DNA of 64,000 bases, from assembly GCA_047967505.1 (NCBI GenBank), contig CM106538.1; one strand, written 5' to 3'. Within the stretch, counting starts at the first letter, position 1, and every line of letters starts with the position of its first letter. This DNA comes from Dipteris shenzhenensis (Eukaryota). Below are positions 36,461 through 49,849 of the stretch, piece by piece. The notes beneath the pieces were generated by a model. The model was not told the DNA's origin. It saw only the letters and a program-made list of their open reading frames with translations, and made no database searches. The position numbers and the translations under genes are program-made.

Positions 36461-37332
36461 CCTCTATAAACACACTAGGACCCAGGACAATCGTCGGGCT
36501 GGACCCCCCCCAAAGGTTTTTATTCATGAAGAGAGAAGTCTGTTACAAGAGTTCAACGTAGAGCTGTCTGTTACAAAAATCCAACGTGAAATCCATATTA
36601 CAAGAGCTTCAAGCGCATTTCAAATTGGCAACATGCCACTTGTCTAAAATCTAAATTAAGTCCTATTACATGCCACTAAGGGCAACTCTGGAGTCTTCGA
36701 AGCACTTGGTCACGTGAACCGCCTCCTAGATGCTTGCTAGGCTCCGTAGCGCTTAGGGAAAATAACCCTTCCTAGTACCTGCAACAATTAATTAAAGCGC
36801 ACCACCATGGCACCCATTAATTGTTAGCGCTTTTGCATGCAAATAATAGACTATGGACTAATCCTAGTCACAGGTGGGTGTCCCCACTGAATAAACATGT
36901 GAACAAAACATAGAACACAATTCTTGGTCGGCCGAAGTCAACCCTCTTGGTCGTAATTAAAGAGCTTTGACCAATGGTCATGGTGCCTTAATTATGGCCA
37001 AGTCTCTCCAACCGAAGCTGGCACAACTTGGTTAACTGTAGTTAACCCTCTTGGCATGTGCCAAGTCTCGCTGACCAAAGTCAACACTCTCTGACCGTAG
37101 TCAGCTCTGTGATTCTCTGGTTAACCGCAGTTAAGCCTCTTGGTAATAAACCAAGTCTCCCCGACTGAAGTCAGGCTTACTTGACCAGAGTCAAGTATCT
37201 TTGATTGTAGTCAATTCTTTGACCATTAAAAGAACTCTTTGACTATAATTAATCACATATGAAAACTCTTTAATTATGATCAAATAAATGGTCAACTGTA
37301 CTTTGACTTAGGATATTTACATTGTGGTGACA
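34598..37332 (-). repeat. 3' LTR of element C, interrupted by an RTE
   Basis: tgcaacccgatg... matches 61969 onward; resumes after (TC)n at ~36460; ends ggtgaca next to PPT-like tcccctcggcttct. Confidence 0.88.
34688..36415 (+). mobile_element. 5'-truncated RTE LINE inserted in the (TC)n of the LTR
   Basis: VNLGKTKVMIF..YLGV; RVSSHRLRIESGR..CTLC..EHFIFRC; 3' motif and TTTC tail; absent from the sister LTR. Confidence 0.92.
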
Positions 37333-37339
37333 TCCCCTC

Positions 37340-40300
37340 GGCTTCTATTCAGTTGACCTCAACTAAAAAGCTTCCTTGTAAACATCCAAAAGTTGTGGAT
37401 GATCAAACAACATGTCTTCATCCATCCACTTGGCATCAATGCCGTATAATTCTTAAATTTTACAAGATACCTGTAAAACTCCTTGCCCTGAGGGCCTTTG
37501 CATACAATATGGTACACAATCTGCTCTGGCTGAAGGACCTCCTCCAGCTCATCCACTTCTGGTGGAGTCTCTGATATTGGCTCTGTAGGTTCTGTCCCCT
37601 GGAATTTCTTTAGAAGACTCACATGGAATGCATTGTGAATCCTCCAATGCTCTGGCAATGCTAACCTGCATGCAACCTCATTAATCTTTTTTGTAACCCT
37701 GAAAGGGACATAGTATCTGGAAGATAACTTTGCATACACTTTCTGTTTGCCTTTAAACTTGCGGAGCGTAGCTTTCTCGAACTTCAAAAGTACCCAATCC
37801 CCTTCCTTGAGATTTAACTGTCTCCTATGCTGATCTGCAGCTCTTTTATGCTTCTCGTGAGACCTTTCAATTGCTGTCCGGACTTCTGTCTGGAGGTCTC
37901 TCACAAACTGATCAGCTGCAAATATTTCGTCTTTGGTCCTTAGGATAGGTGGCAGAATCACCTTCCCATAGATGATCTCAAAGGGGGCTTTCCCTGTAGA
38001 GCTGTGTACTGTATTATTATAAGCACACTCTACCAATGGTAGGTACTTTTCCCAGTCTGAACCTTGGTCACCCACGTAGCATTACAGCATATCCAATGCT
38101 ATAGAATTCGCTACTTCACTTTGACCATCTGTCTGGGGATGGAAAGAAGAAGAAAAATTCAGATTCGTCCCCATATTATCAAATAAAGCTCTCCAGAATA
38201 GACTGATCAATCTAGGATCTCGATCACTGACAATGGACTTAGGCATACCATGGTGCTTGAAGATCTGTGCCATGAAAAGCTTAGCCATATGATCTGTCAT
38301 TATGGTTTTGCGAACCGGAATGAAATGAGCTTGCTTGCTGAATCTATCAATGATAGTCCAAATCCCATCATTCCCTGACTTTGATCTTGGCAAATAAAAA
38401 ATGAAGTCCATTGCAATACTTTCCCACGGTGCTTGAGGTGCGGGAAGAGGTATAAGTAGGCCAGGTGCCTTCCGTCTATCATACTTCACTTTCTGACATG
38501 TAAGGCATTCAGTAACAAACTGATGTATATCTTTCCATATCCCTGGCCAAAAGAAATACCTCTCTAGTGCTTGAGTTGTTGCTGTAATTCCTCTATGCCC
38601 AGCATAGGGAGGTGCATGGCATTCCTCTAAAATCTTTTTCTTCATCTCTTGGGTGATGCATAGGCAGTCATCTTTCATTAAAAACCCATCTTTTAGGGAA
38701 TAGTGACTGGTGGACTGCCCCTCTTGCATTTGTTGTAAAATCTCACCAAAATCTGCATCATTAGCATATTGCTCTCTCATGTCTTCCAGGTCCTGATGAT
38801 AAGCAATAGTCACATTGTTGACCTGGGGTCTCCAGCACAAGGCATCTGCCACTCTGTTCTGAATTCCTGGAGTATGGACAATCTGAAAATGGTACATTGA
38901 CAGCATGTTTGCCCATTTCATATGTTTCTCGGAAAGCTTTGTCTGAGTCAAAAAGTATCTCAGACTTTGGTGATTTGTTTTAACTGTAAAATCTACACCC
39001 AAAAGATAATGCTTCCATGTATGGATGGCATGAATTACAGCCAATAACTCTTTCTCATAGATTCCCAGATATCTCTCTGCATCCTGGAGTCTCCTGCTCT
39101 CATAGGCCACAACATGACCATTTCGATGCAATGCAGCCCCAATACATTCCCCACAAGCATCACAATCCACATCAAATGGCTAATACAAATCTGGAACTAT
39201 CAAGATTGGTTCTGTGGTCAGCCTCTCTTTGAGTGTGATGAATGTTGTCTTTTGAGGAATTCCCCATCTGAAAGCTGCATTTTTCTTGGTAAGATCGTGG
39301 AGTGGAGCGGCTATATCCGCAAAATGCCTGATAAATCTTCTATAGTAAGAACACATGCCTAGGAAACTTCGAACTTCATGCACAAATTTCAGCTCTGGCC
39401 ATTCCTGAATGGCACGGATCTTTGCTAGATCCATGCGAATCCCATCTTTGGATATTATATGCCCCAAGTAATGGATTTCTTCCAGGTAGAATTCACTTTT
39501 CTTGCTGTTTGCATAGAGCTGATGATTTCTCAGCTCTTGAAACACTATAGCAAGATGTTCTTTGTGCTCTTCTTCGGACTTAGAAAATACAATTATGTCA
39601 TTGAAGAAGGTACCAGTGAACTGTCTGTAGGGTCGGAAGATACGATCCATCATCCGATTGAAAGTAGCTGGAGCATTTGCAAGGCATCACCAGATATTTA
39701 TACAACCCAAAAGTAGTGCAGAACGCTGTCTTGTGCACAACCTGAGGCTGTATCCTCACTTGGTGATAGCCACTCTTTAGGTCTATCCTGCTGAAAACTG
39801 AAGCTCCATTTAACTCATCTAGCCCATCATCAATACGCGGAATAGGGAATCTATTCTTAATGGTCATTTTATTCAGTGTGCGGTAATCAACGCACATACG
39901 GAATGAGCCATCTTTCTTCTGTACTAGCAATACAAGTAAACAAAAAGAAGAAGAACTGGGCTGAGTCAGCCCCTTGGACAACAAGTCCTGCACCTGAGTC
40001 ATAATCTCTTCTCGTTGAGTTGCACTAACTCTGTATGGGGGCCTATTGGGTGGCTCGCTGCCAAGCATGAGTTCTATGTGATCCTCAGGTCTCTCAGGGG
40101 GTAGTTCCCCTTGCAAAGCGTCAGAAAAACAATCGTTAAAATTTTCAAGAAACTGAAATTTATTCTGATCTACCTCACTTATTTCAACATGCATTTCTAC
40201 ATCTCTCTCTTTTACAAAAATCATGTAAGCTGAAACTGCAGTCTTTTCCAACAGAACTATTTGATACAATGGGAATAGTTTCCCCTCTATTCCTAGGAAC

Positions 40301-40640
40301 CACACGAGTACTTTGCCCCTATGTACAAACTCTAGCACTCTTTCAGGAAGAGTCAACTTCACTGCCTTGCGATGAAACCAAGGCATACCCAAAACTACAT
40401 CATGATGTTTCAGTGGAGAAATGAAGAAGTCTTCCTGATCCACATAACTCTGTACATGAAGACGGAGCTTCCCATATCAGGGGAGTGACTGGCACAATGT
40501 TCCCACAGAACATATGATCGGCATCCAGAGCCCTGCCCCAACTCCTCCGTCTTTATTCCCAGCCTCAGGGCTAGAGCCTCTTATATAAAGTTATCAGTAG
40601 CCCTTGGATCAAATAAAATCAGCGCTTGCTGGTGACTTTG
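37340..40640 (-). pseudogene. Element C pol (PR-RT-RH-INT-chromodomain), disrupted
   Basis: [61 protein letters not shown]. Confidence 0.92.
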
Positions 40641-40887
40641 CCCCATGATAGCAGCAATTCTCGTTCTTCTGGGTTTGAAACATGACCCAGTATGTCAGGA
40701 ATTCATCCTGCCATTGGCTTTTGCGGTCCCCGTGGCTTCTCTGTCTCTTTTCTTTTTTTTTTTTTGCCGAAAAAACAGTGCTAATTATATTACTTCGAGA
40801 ACAAGATACAAGAGGTCAGCTTCTAGCTGACGGGCTGCGTACACAAACCGGACGCAGCCCTAAAAGGTAGCATAATAAATCATACTC

Positions 40888-43800
40888 TCACGGAGGGATA
40901 TGACGAGTGTGAATGAACAGCCATCGGGGTGGTGAGTAGTGCCACCGAAGGCCCTGCGTAGTCTGCTCGAAGAAGAGGCCCTGTGTGTCCCAAGCCCGGA
41001 GGAAGCGCCTCCGCTTCTCCTGACCGGCCCGGGAGTCTCCCTGAATCTGGTCCCACTGGCCTCTGAGGGTATGAATAATCTCACTCCAAATCTCCGCCAT
41101 GATCTGGGCAGTCGATAAGGAGGTGCCACCGAGGATCTGCGCGCAGCGCGAGGTCCAGATGTGCCACCCTGTAATGCTGCTAATAATCTCCCAGACTGGC
41201 TGCCTCTCCCGAACTCCTGTATCAGCCTCTGCTAGGTGCTGCGGGATACCCTCGAGCGGCCCCCACGTCCCCTGTGTGATAAGGAAAGTGGGGGGTCCTG
41301 CTGGCATGCCTCGAATAAGTGATGAAGACCACGTGCGGTGCTGCACCAATAGAACGCGCCCCAAGTGATCAATCCTACCTCTGGTGCTGCGCGAGTAAGA
41401 AGCCCGAAAGTCCACCTCCACACTTCCTGGGCGCGAGTGCAGCTCCACAGGCAGTGTTTTGGTGACTCCTCATCCGCATGGCAAATCTGACAGCATCCGT
41501 CCTGGCCTATCTGCCTCAACCAACTCCCCACTGGAAGACCTTTGTGGGCTAGAAGCCACAGGAAGTATGAGATCTTCCGCGGCCGCCAGCTCTCCCACAA
41601 GGCCTTCCAGAATGCCTGCAAAAAGAACCTGGAAATACCCTGTGCGTACCAGCTGGGTCGCTGGGTGGGGGGGCGGCTCTGTCACCAGGCATGAGGACCT
41701 GAGGCTCAGGTGGAACCAACCAAGCAGCTGGGATCGCACCGTCGATCTCCGTGCGTCTTGCCTGGACTCCACGTGCACCTCCAGCTGCGTCTGCAAGATC
41801 AGCCATCTCCAGATGTCTGTACGTATCCCTCCAAACTCGAAGGGACCGGGCTGGCCCCCTCATCCAGCCGTCCCACCTGATATGTGATCTCTCCCCCAAC
41901 TGAATGCCCTCGGCATCTCTGACCTGACCGTTCCAGATAAGCGGCTGGCGTTCGATCTCCTCCTGACAGCTGGGAGGGGACTGAATGAGACTGAGGCGGA
42001 GCCGCCTCCAAACCATGAGGAGGCTACGAACGAGTGGGGAACGGGGCTGAGTGAGCGGGGCGGAAGTGAAGATCCACCTGAGGGACGGTAGCCACTCTCC
42101 ACCTCGGCGCGGGACACAAGAGCCGACTCCCTGCTGAAGTAACATCTTCCACGTCTGCCCCCCCGGGGTCAAACCGCGGATGACAAGCTTGCCTAACAAG
42201 GCCTGACTCTGAAGCTCTGGATCGATAACCCCCAGGCCACCCTCAGCCTGCGGAAGAATGACTGTCTGCCAAGCAACCCTGGCTCTGGTATCTCTAAGAC
42301 CATCCTCCCCAGACCAAAGGAAGTTCCGAACCAACCTCCTGAGCTGTGCCACGCTGGATCTCGAGAAGCACCAGCAAGAAGCCACATACCAAGCCGTGGC
42401 TAGGAGGACCTGGTTAACTACCAGGGCACGACCTGCAAGAGACAGCTTAGCAGTGCTCCAGAAAGCCAGCTTCCGTCGGATTGGAGTCTAGCACCGGGAG
42501 AAACTACTGAGCTGGCGTGATGTCTAGGCCAACCTGGAAGCCAAGGTATCTAGCTGTTTGTCCCCGTGGAATCCATCTGAAACCCAGAAATCGCCCCCAC
42601 TGAGAACACGCCCCAGGGTCTGTGAGAAAACCAACTGATTTGTTCCAGTTGATTTTCGCACCAGCGGCCGAACAGAAGACCTCCAGGGCCATCCGCACCC
42701 TCTCTAGCATCCTCTCATCGTCCTGGACATAAAGGGTTGTATCATCTGCGTACTCCGAGTCCAAAAGCTCCGTGTCCTCCCGGAGTGGAAGGCGAACACC
42801 CCTGATCCCGGTAGACCTCGCCCGAAGGTAGTAAGTCATGGCCTCGGCGAAGAAAAGAAACAGGTAAGGAGCAAGTGGGCAGCCCTGACGCACTGATCTC
42901 TCCAAGCTAAAGCGCTCACCCATCGTGCCTCCAATGATGACCCTGCTAGACGCTGTCCTGTACAAAGCTGAGATACCCTGAATCCAACCCGCCGGGAAAC
43001 CTAGCCGCTCCAGAGTCCCCTCCAAAAAGGACCAGTCCACACGATCGTAGGCCTTCTCGAAGTCGAGAAGTAGAATGGCAAGGTGTGATCCGCTGTGCTG
43101 AGCCCACTCCGCCGCCTCTGAAAAGGTGAAGACATTATCCAGGATACTGCGATCCTGGACAAAGCCTGTCTGAGTGTCATGAATGAGGTCTGGGAGTAGA
43201 GGCCGAACTCAGGCACTGATCATCTTGGCGAGGATTTTGTAGGCAATGGTAAGGAGAGTGATCGGACGCCACTGGCGGATCTCCTGTCTATCTCCTCCCT
43301 TCGGGATGAGGCAAATCAGTCCCGAAGAAAGGCTCTCTGGCATCTGACCGCTACTGAAAATCCCCTGCAGAGCTGCAAGGAGGGGCTGATGGATCTGGTT
43401 CCAGAAGGAAGTGAAGAATGCTTGGGATAGCCCATCCTCACCTGGGCATTTCTGTCCGTCGATAGCCATCAAGGCCTCCAGCATCTCATCCAAGGTAAAC
43501 GGCGCCAACAACGTCGCCTGCATGCTAGGCTGGACCAGGGATGGAATGTGCCTCCACACCTCCTCACGAGCACGACTAGCACGAGGGGCAAGCGGCTCCT
43601 GCTGGAAGAGGGTCCTGTAGAAGTCAGTGGCCAACCCCAGGACCTCCCCCGGATCCGTAACGATGTGACCATCCGCTGTCCTGAGACTCCGAAGCTGATC
43701 ACCTGCAGCTCTCTGGCCATGCGTCCTGAAGAACTCCCTGCACATCCGGTCACCCTTCCGGGCCCAGAAGGAGAGAGAGGTGTGATAGGAAAACTCTGAG

Positions 43801-44905
43801 CGACGCTGGAGTGTCTCCTCCAGGAGGGCTCTGGCTCGAAGGGCCTGGATCTGAAGCTCCTCCGAGCCCGAGGAAGCCTGCTGGAGTCGCTGAATGGAGG
43901 CGAGGTCCCTCCGAAGAGCTCTCTCTCTACTCCACCAATCCTGTCGAACCTATAGGGCTGCTAGCTGGCAGATCTGGCTGGACTCCTGCAGAGCCTGCGC
44001 AACTGAGTCCACCAGATCCACGCACTCCCCCCAGTCTCTGTCCCAAAGACTGCAAATACTGCTGCGCACGTCCACCCTCGAGAAAATGGAGTCGGGAATC
44101 CTGCATGACCGGGGGGGAAGGGTCTGGGCTGCCGAATCTAATGAAAGGAGCACCGGCGCATGGTCGGAAAGTATCGTCCCTGGAACTATACCCGCCTGAC
44201 CGCCTCTACTGATGGCCCAATCACTGACATAAAATCTATCAAGCCTCTCCAGGAGTCTGCCTCCTTCCCTGCGGAAGCCCCAAGAGAAGTCCAGGCTCCC
44301 GTGGCAACGCCGGAAGGACGGGTCTCTCCAACTGTCCCTCCCTCCTGTCGCGAAGATTAAAGAGTCCCAAGCTGACTGCTCTGCCTGAGCCATGCCTGTG
44401 AACTCCGGACCTCTGCCCTGCTGGTCCTCCAAGGTCTCCAGATTGTTGAAGTCACCTCCAACAATCCAGGAATCCATGTCTGGAAGAATCCCTATAAGTG
44501 TCCTCCAGAAGGTGGCTCTGCATCGGAGGTCTGTAGGAGCATAAATGTTGAGGATTCCAATTTTGGATCCCTCCAAATCCAAGCCTACCCAAAGGGCTCG
44601 GCCTGGGATCAACGTGCCATGACCGAAAACTCCTGGGCTAACTGCTCGCACACGGAAGTACAGACACCCCCACTCCTCCCCTGTGCGCCGATCGAGGGCT
44701 CCCAGTAAGTGTAGGAACGTCCAGGGAGAACCTTCCCGCAGCTACGGGAATGAGCCGCAGAGAGCTTGTGCTCCTGGAGCAGAAGTACATCCAAACGACC
44801 AATCACTGCAGGCTGAAGTTCCTGTCGCAAAATGAGCTTCCTGGGACCACGGGTGCCAGAAGAGTGAAACCCGTTCACATTCCAGGATACGAGGTGTAGG
44901 CTCAT
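40888..44905 (-). pseudogene. L1 ORF2 (APE-RT-zf-RVT), frameshifted
   Basis: MSLHLVSWNVNG, LQEH, GGDFN, RLDRFY, SDHAP; KCPGEDG, WRPITL, RQGCPL, YADDT; WLLAHKGLP..C..C..E..H.LWSC. Confidence 0.93.
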
Positions 44906-44994
44906 GGAGAGGGATGGGGGGCTGCGAGAACAACTGTCTGCTCGCGGTCGAAGTCGATGAAGAATCAGACATGTCGGAATGGAGGCGCTGCCGC

Positions 44995-46946
44995 TTATGA
45001 GAAGGTTTGGAGGGGGAGACGGGGTCGTCCTGCCCGTTCTTCAACACCTTCAGCAAAGGCGAGAGGCCTTTGGTGCCATGAACAAATGCTTTCTCGAGCC
45101 AGCTCAAGATCTCTGAAGTGGTCATCCCATAGAAGGTTCGGAGTTTCTGATGGGACCAAGCTCTGACATCCTGGGGGAGAGGCCATGACAGGGGAGGTCT
45201 GAGGATCACAATCAGTCGGAAGCGTTTGGCGGCGCAACGCCACCGCAGGCGCACATCGCCCTCGGACCACTGAGTCTCGAGAAGCTGCCCACCGGACGGG
45301 CCTATCCAGGAGCAGACCTGGGCGTGTGTCTGCTCTCTGAGAGCCTCCCAAACCGATTCGTTTGTCTAGGTCTCGGTGCCATCGCTGAGGAACGTGAAGG
45401 CGAAGCTAGGGCCATCCCTAGGGGCCAAGGCGACAATCTTCCCATCCGCCCCTTTGCGGAGCAGGAAGATACTGATGTCGAGACAAGCCGGGAAGGTCCC
45501 AAGGTCGGCCACATCTAAGTAGTCCCAGGGGCCAGATCTGTAAAAGTCTCGAGGAAGCTCTCTCTCCTGAAGCTGAGACCCATCAGAGCCTGCCACTGAG
45601 GGGCTAGCAGCCAGGGAAGCCTGCTCCAGTGGTGGTGTAGACTCCGGGTGTCCTGCCAGCGGGGGGGGGAGGGGGAGGAGGCTGAGGGGTAGGCGACTCG
45701 GACTCCACGGAGGCGACTGGCGGAGAAGGTGGAGGAGACGGAGCGGGGGCTCCCCTCGGCTGGGAAGCCGACGGTGCAGCTAACTCTGTAGGAGAGTCGA
45801 GGGGAACGGAGGGAGGAGGGGGATGGGGATGCATCTGGAACTGGGGCTGAGAGGGAGGAGGAGGAGACTGAGGAAGAAGAGACGGGGGCTGAAGCTGCGG
45901 GTCGGGCGAAGGGAGGGGAAACTGGGGAAGGGGCTGGGACTGAGTGGAAAGGGGCGGGGGAGCGGGAGAGAGGGGGATCTGAGGCTGTGAAGGGCGGGCT
46001 GCCGTCGAAGAAGAAGCTCTCCCAGGTCCCTGGGGCGGCTGCCTGTCAGGTCTCTGGGGTGCTGCTGCAGGAAGGGTAACCTCTGCCTCCTTGCCTTTAT
46101 CCGAAATCTTCTTGTTCTTTCCTCTTTTCCTTCTAACCTCGGTCCAACCACCCACTAACTCTGGACCGGGCTCCGACTGCCTCGGCTCCTCCTGACGTGG
46201 CTGTCCGGGGGGGGGCGGGGGCGGAGGGGGCGGGGGCGGGGGGGTCGAGATGAGCTGGCGAAGCGTGGACAAGCAGCCGCCAAGTGCCCAAAGCCGTGGC
46301 ACCTCAGGCACTGACCTGGCTGTCCGGTGACTATCATGCTCTGGGTGATGTTGCCGGCATCTGTCACAATCTCGATCACTGCAGGGAGAGTCGCAGGATC
46401 TGCCACAGCCACACGGACTCGGGGGGCTCCTGCCGTGGTCACCGCGTCGGCGAAAGTGTCGTGCATAACCCAGCCAAAGTGGGAGCCCAAGTCCCTGACA
46501 ATCGGCCGCAGCTCAGCAGCCAGACCTGGAAAAACTAGTGTGACTGGGTGGCGAGGTATACGGAACCGAACATCAAAATCTGCTGCGCTGAATCCACGGT
46601 ACCACGGGACTATCATGATAATCTTTCCATCCACCGATGTGGGGGAACCGGCAATCAGGTTGCTCGCAGCTTTCTCATTGGAGAGTTTGAGCCAAAAGAT
46701 GCCCCTTCCCATAAGGGCCACCTCCTCAATATGGCCATCCTCTAGCAGGAGAGTGGACTGGAGCCAGTCCCTGATGGCTGATCTGGAGGGAGAGTGTCCA
46801 ATGACTCTACCGTAAACAAAGGTACGGGCAAAGTCAATGGCAACCTCCTGAACACGAGATGATTGTTGCTCTGTCAGGATAACGCGGTAGGCATCTGGAG
46901 AGGGAGGGTCCGACTGGGCCTCCGGATCCGGGAAGGGGGCCGCCAT
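44995..46946 (-). pseudogene. L1 ORF1 (DUF4283-like, CCHC, proline-rich tail), frameshifted near the G-run at ~46207-46245
   Basis: GRGIFWL, IVPWY, CLRCHGFGHLAAAC, followed by a Pro-rich frame; the C-terminal boundary is uncertain. Confidence 0.8.
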
Positions 46947-46999
46947 ACCGCCAAGACTAACTGCAAGCTTCCGATGAGGAACAGGCTGCCACCCAAAAA

Positions 47000-47650
47000 A
47001 GGGGGGGCGAAGCGGGAGGGTGGAGCCTGGGTGTGGAGAGGACGGTTGCGGAGGCGGAGGGTGGAGGTGGGGTGGAGAAGTGGAGCGGAAGGGCGGGCGA
47101 GGCGAAGTGAGGGGGCGGGGGGGTCGGGACGGGGCGGGGTGAAGGGTGCGGGGTGCGGGAAAGGCGGGGGGCGCGGAAGGGCGAGGGGGGGCGGGGTTGG
47201 TGTGGCGGGGGCGGAGGGGTGAAGCGGGGGGCGGGGGAGCGGAATGGAGGCGGGGGGGACGGAATGGGGGCGGGTGGAGCGGAATGGAGGCGGGGGGGAG
47301 CGGAATGGAGGCGGGGGGGGCGGAATGGGGGTCGGGCGGAGGCGCGGGGGGAGCGGAATGGGAGGCGGGTGAAGCGAGGGGGTCGGGCGGGAGAGGCGGA
47401 GCGGCGAGAGGGGGGGGTGAGGTGAAGCGAGGGGGGGGTGGGGTGAAATGAGGGAAAGGGGGGGGGGAGTGGAGGCGAGGGGGGCGGCGATGGAGAGGCG
47501 AGGTGGAGAGGCGAGGGCGGCGATGGAGAGGCGGCGGGTGAGGGGGAGGGCGGGCGGGGGGCGAGGGCGGAGAGGTAGGGGGCGGGGGTGGTCGCGGCGA
47601 GGGGGGGGGCTAGGGAGGGGAGGTAGAGCTAGCGGTGGGGGGGGAGGGAA
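47000..47650 (-). repeat. Extremely C-rich (sense) repetitive L1 5' UTR
   Basis: G-runs on plus, with repeated units such as ggagcggaatggaggcggggg. Confidence 0.9.
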
Positions 47651-47679
47651 GCTCGCAGGAGCTTTCTCTGTCTCTTTTC

Positions 47680-48489
47680 CCTTCGAAGTTGAAGGCGTTT
47701 CTAGACACTGGGCAGCCACATGCCCCTCTTTGCGGCACCTGAAGCATTTACCCTCTTTCCTGAAAGTTTCAATCTATTCAAGGGTAAACCGTAGTCTTTC
47801 CTTATAGGGCTTTTGCATTTGGTTTCCCCTCGGCTTTTGAGGCTGAAATCCCCTCTTCTGAGCCTTGGGAGACTCTTGTTTCAAACTTGGGGGTCGCTGG
47901 CTTTTTATCCCTCGGTAATCCTGCCTGTAGTGAAGGCACACTAGTAGGATCCTGCATGTACATGAGACTAGCCACATTGGCTGAATGCATAAGATCTGAT
48001 ATTTCTTTAATATCTTTGGTGTTCACTTGGGCCTATATCTTTGGAATGAGTCCGGCCCTGTACTTCCTGAGTTGTCTTGTCAGAAATATTCTTGAAAGGC
48101 GAAACCTACAAGTATGCGTCCCAAAATTTCTGGTTGTAAGACTCAACTGTATCTTGTGCTTCCATATGAATGCTCTCCCAACCCAGAAGGACATGATCCC
48201 GAAACTGTTTGGGAATAAACTATTTATAGAAAGCTTTCTTGAAGTCCTTCCATTTCCTGGGGGCTACATAGTTGGCTGTTTTAGCTATCCACCATGCACT
48301 GGCTGTACCAGTCAAGTGTAAACTAACCATACGAAGCTTTGAGGACTCACTGAACTTTTCCAGGCTAAAGGCAGCATCAAACTGCCTTATGAACTGCATA
48401 GCCTTTTCAGCCATACTGGCCATTGTAAGTGGCAAATCTTACTGACTTCCCACCGTCCTTGAATTCTTTAGTCTCTTCCTTCCTACTAG

Positions 48490-48520
<31 letters not shown>

Positions 48521-48826
48521 CTTTTTCTTCTTTGACTTTGAAGATCCCGAAGAAGGAGGTGATGTCGAGGATGAAGAGATAGAGCTAGAAGATGAAGACG
48601 AACTAGATGAACTGTGATGATGCTTTGCCTTCTTCTTCTTGGGAAGAGGACCTGCACTTTTTCTCTTTTTGCCCACCACCACTTCTTCCTGATCTGCTCC
48701 AGAGGGAGGCTTCTCTGGCTTTCCCTCAAAAAGAGGTTGTACCATCCTACGAAACAAGGGATCGCTTGTTGCCTCTCCCAACTGAGTAATCAACTCTCTA
48801 AAGGCATTCTCTTTATTTATCTGCAT
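47680..48826 (-). pseudogene. Element C gag with poly-Ser/poly-Lys N-terminal tract and CCHC
   Basis: FIRQFDAAF..WW; CRKRGHVAAQC at ~47708-47740; (TTC)n at ~48491-48530. Confidence 0.85.
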
Positions 48827-48943
48827 AGCCTCAGCCTGTTGTACCTAGTTAGTAGACTCTGCCATTCCCTCATGGGATGATTGGGCATGCTGCTGTGAAG
48901 CCATCTCTACAACTTGTTTGAGATCTGCAACTCTCTCACACAC

Positions 48944-49293
48944 TTTTTTTTTTTGTGAGAAGAAATATTTTATTGCTGTGAAATAATTACATTCATAGGT
49001 ATTCCAAAGGTGGAGTAACTACTACTCAACTGAAAATCTCAGTATAAGCCATATAGACATCATGATCAATCAAATGGGTCTGAAAGCAATCATAAAACGA
49101 TTGCTGCAGACACCGTTTGAAAAAAATGAAAGATGGAAAAGTAGGATCACCAAAGACTCTATGAGTTCTGTCCATCCATAGAGTCCAAAGTGCCCAGTAG
49201 CGCACCTAAACAAAAAATGGATCAAAACCCTGTCTAGCGGGATGAAAACCAAATAACCAGAAGAACCTGCCAAAAGTAACCCTAGGAAATCTC
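48944..49293 (-). mobile_element. Short 5'-truncated L1 with poly(A) and 16-bp TSD
   Basis: TSD caactctctcacacac at 48928-48943 and 49294-49309; homologous to the L1 3' end at ~8760-9030. Confidence 0.85.
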
Positions 49294-49309
49294 CAACTCT
49301 CTCACACAC

Positions 49310-49833
49310 TGACACGTCCCAGCACCCCTGAAACCTCTGATCTGCAAACAAACCACACACAACGTGAGAAATTGAGCAGGCTGCTCACCACCCAACCATG
49401 ACATCTACGGGATGTGATCCCGAATCAGGAGATGTCCCCTCCGAGCCACGAGCTGAGCTACTGGCACGAACTCCCAATCAGATCCAAACCAGCCTGGTGT
49501 CCCATACCACCAGGTGGTGCTGTAAGCCCTGGATCTGCCACTGGGCCTTGGGCTACGCTAAGATGTAGGCGCGCGTCCGCGACTCAATCCAGGAACAGAC
49601 CTGGCACCTGGGAACGAAACTTGCTCCCAACTGCACACTGAGAACTGAACCCCCTGGGCCCCTTTTATAGACTCGGGCCACGGAGCGCCAAAAATAGCGA
49701 AGACCTATAAATAGTTCGTACCCTTGCCACTCAACCCGAGAATCAAGCCTGCCTAGCTCTAAGCCTCCCCAGGCTAACCTGAGCTAGTCCTATGTACCTA
49801 GTACACGTCAGATACCAATCCGTGCACATGACA
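49310..49833 (-). repeat. 3' LTR of element D
   Basis: Direct repeat of 55423-55946; PPT agaggagggggag on minus at 49836-49848. Confidence 0.95.
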
Positions 49834-49849
49834 TACTCCCCCTCCTCTA

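Larger units (their letters stand above)
40753..47663 (-). mobile_element. Full-length L1 LINE (~6.9 kb) with poly(A) and 16-bp TSD, inserted in the gag of element C
   Basis: T-run at 40753-40765; TSD ttctctgtctcttttc at 40737-40752 and 47664-47679; 5' end agctcctgcgagcttccc shared with the copy at 62612. Confidence 0.95.

Noticed and set aside
40987-41000. gtcccaagcccgga, resembling a twister-ribozyme loop
   Set aside because: Lies antisense within L1 ORF2 coding sequence; the flanking stems are not evident.
46874-47807. Long Pro/Gly/Arg-rich ORFs, also at 62581-63346
   Set aside because: By-products of the stop-poor C/G-rich L1 5' UTR repeats, open in nearly all frames.
49808-49817. PBS-like tcagatacca inside the LTR of element D
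   Set aside because: Partial match within the LTR; the true PBS is at 55409-55420.
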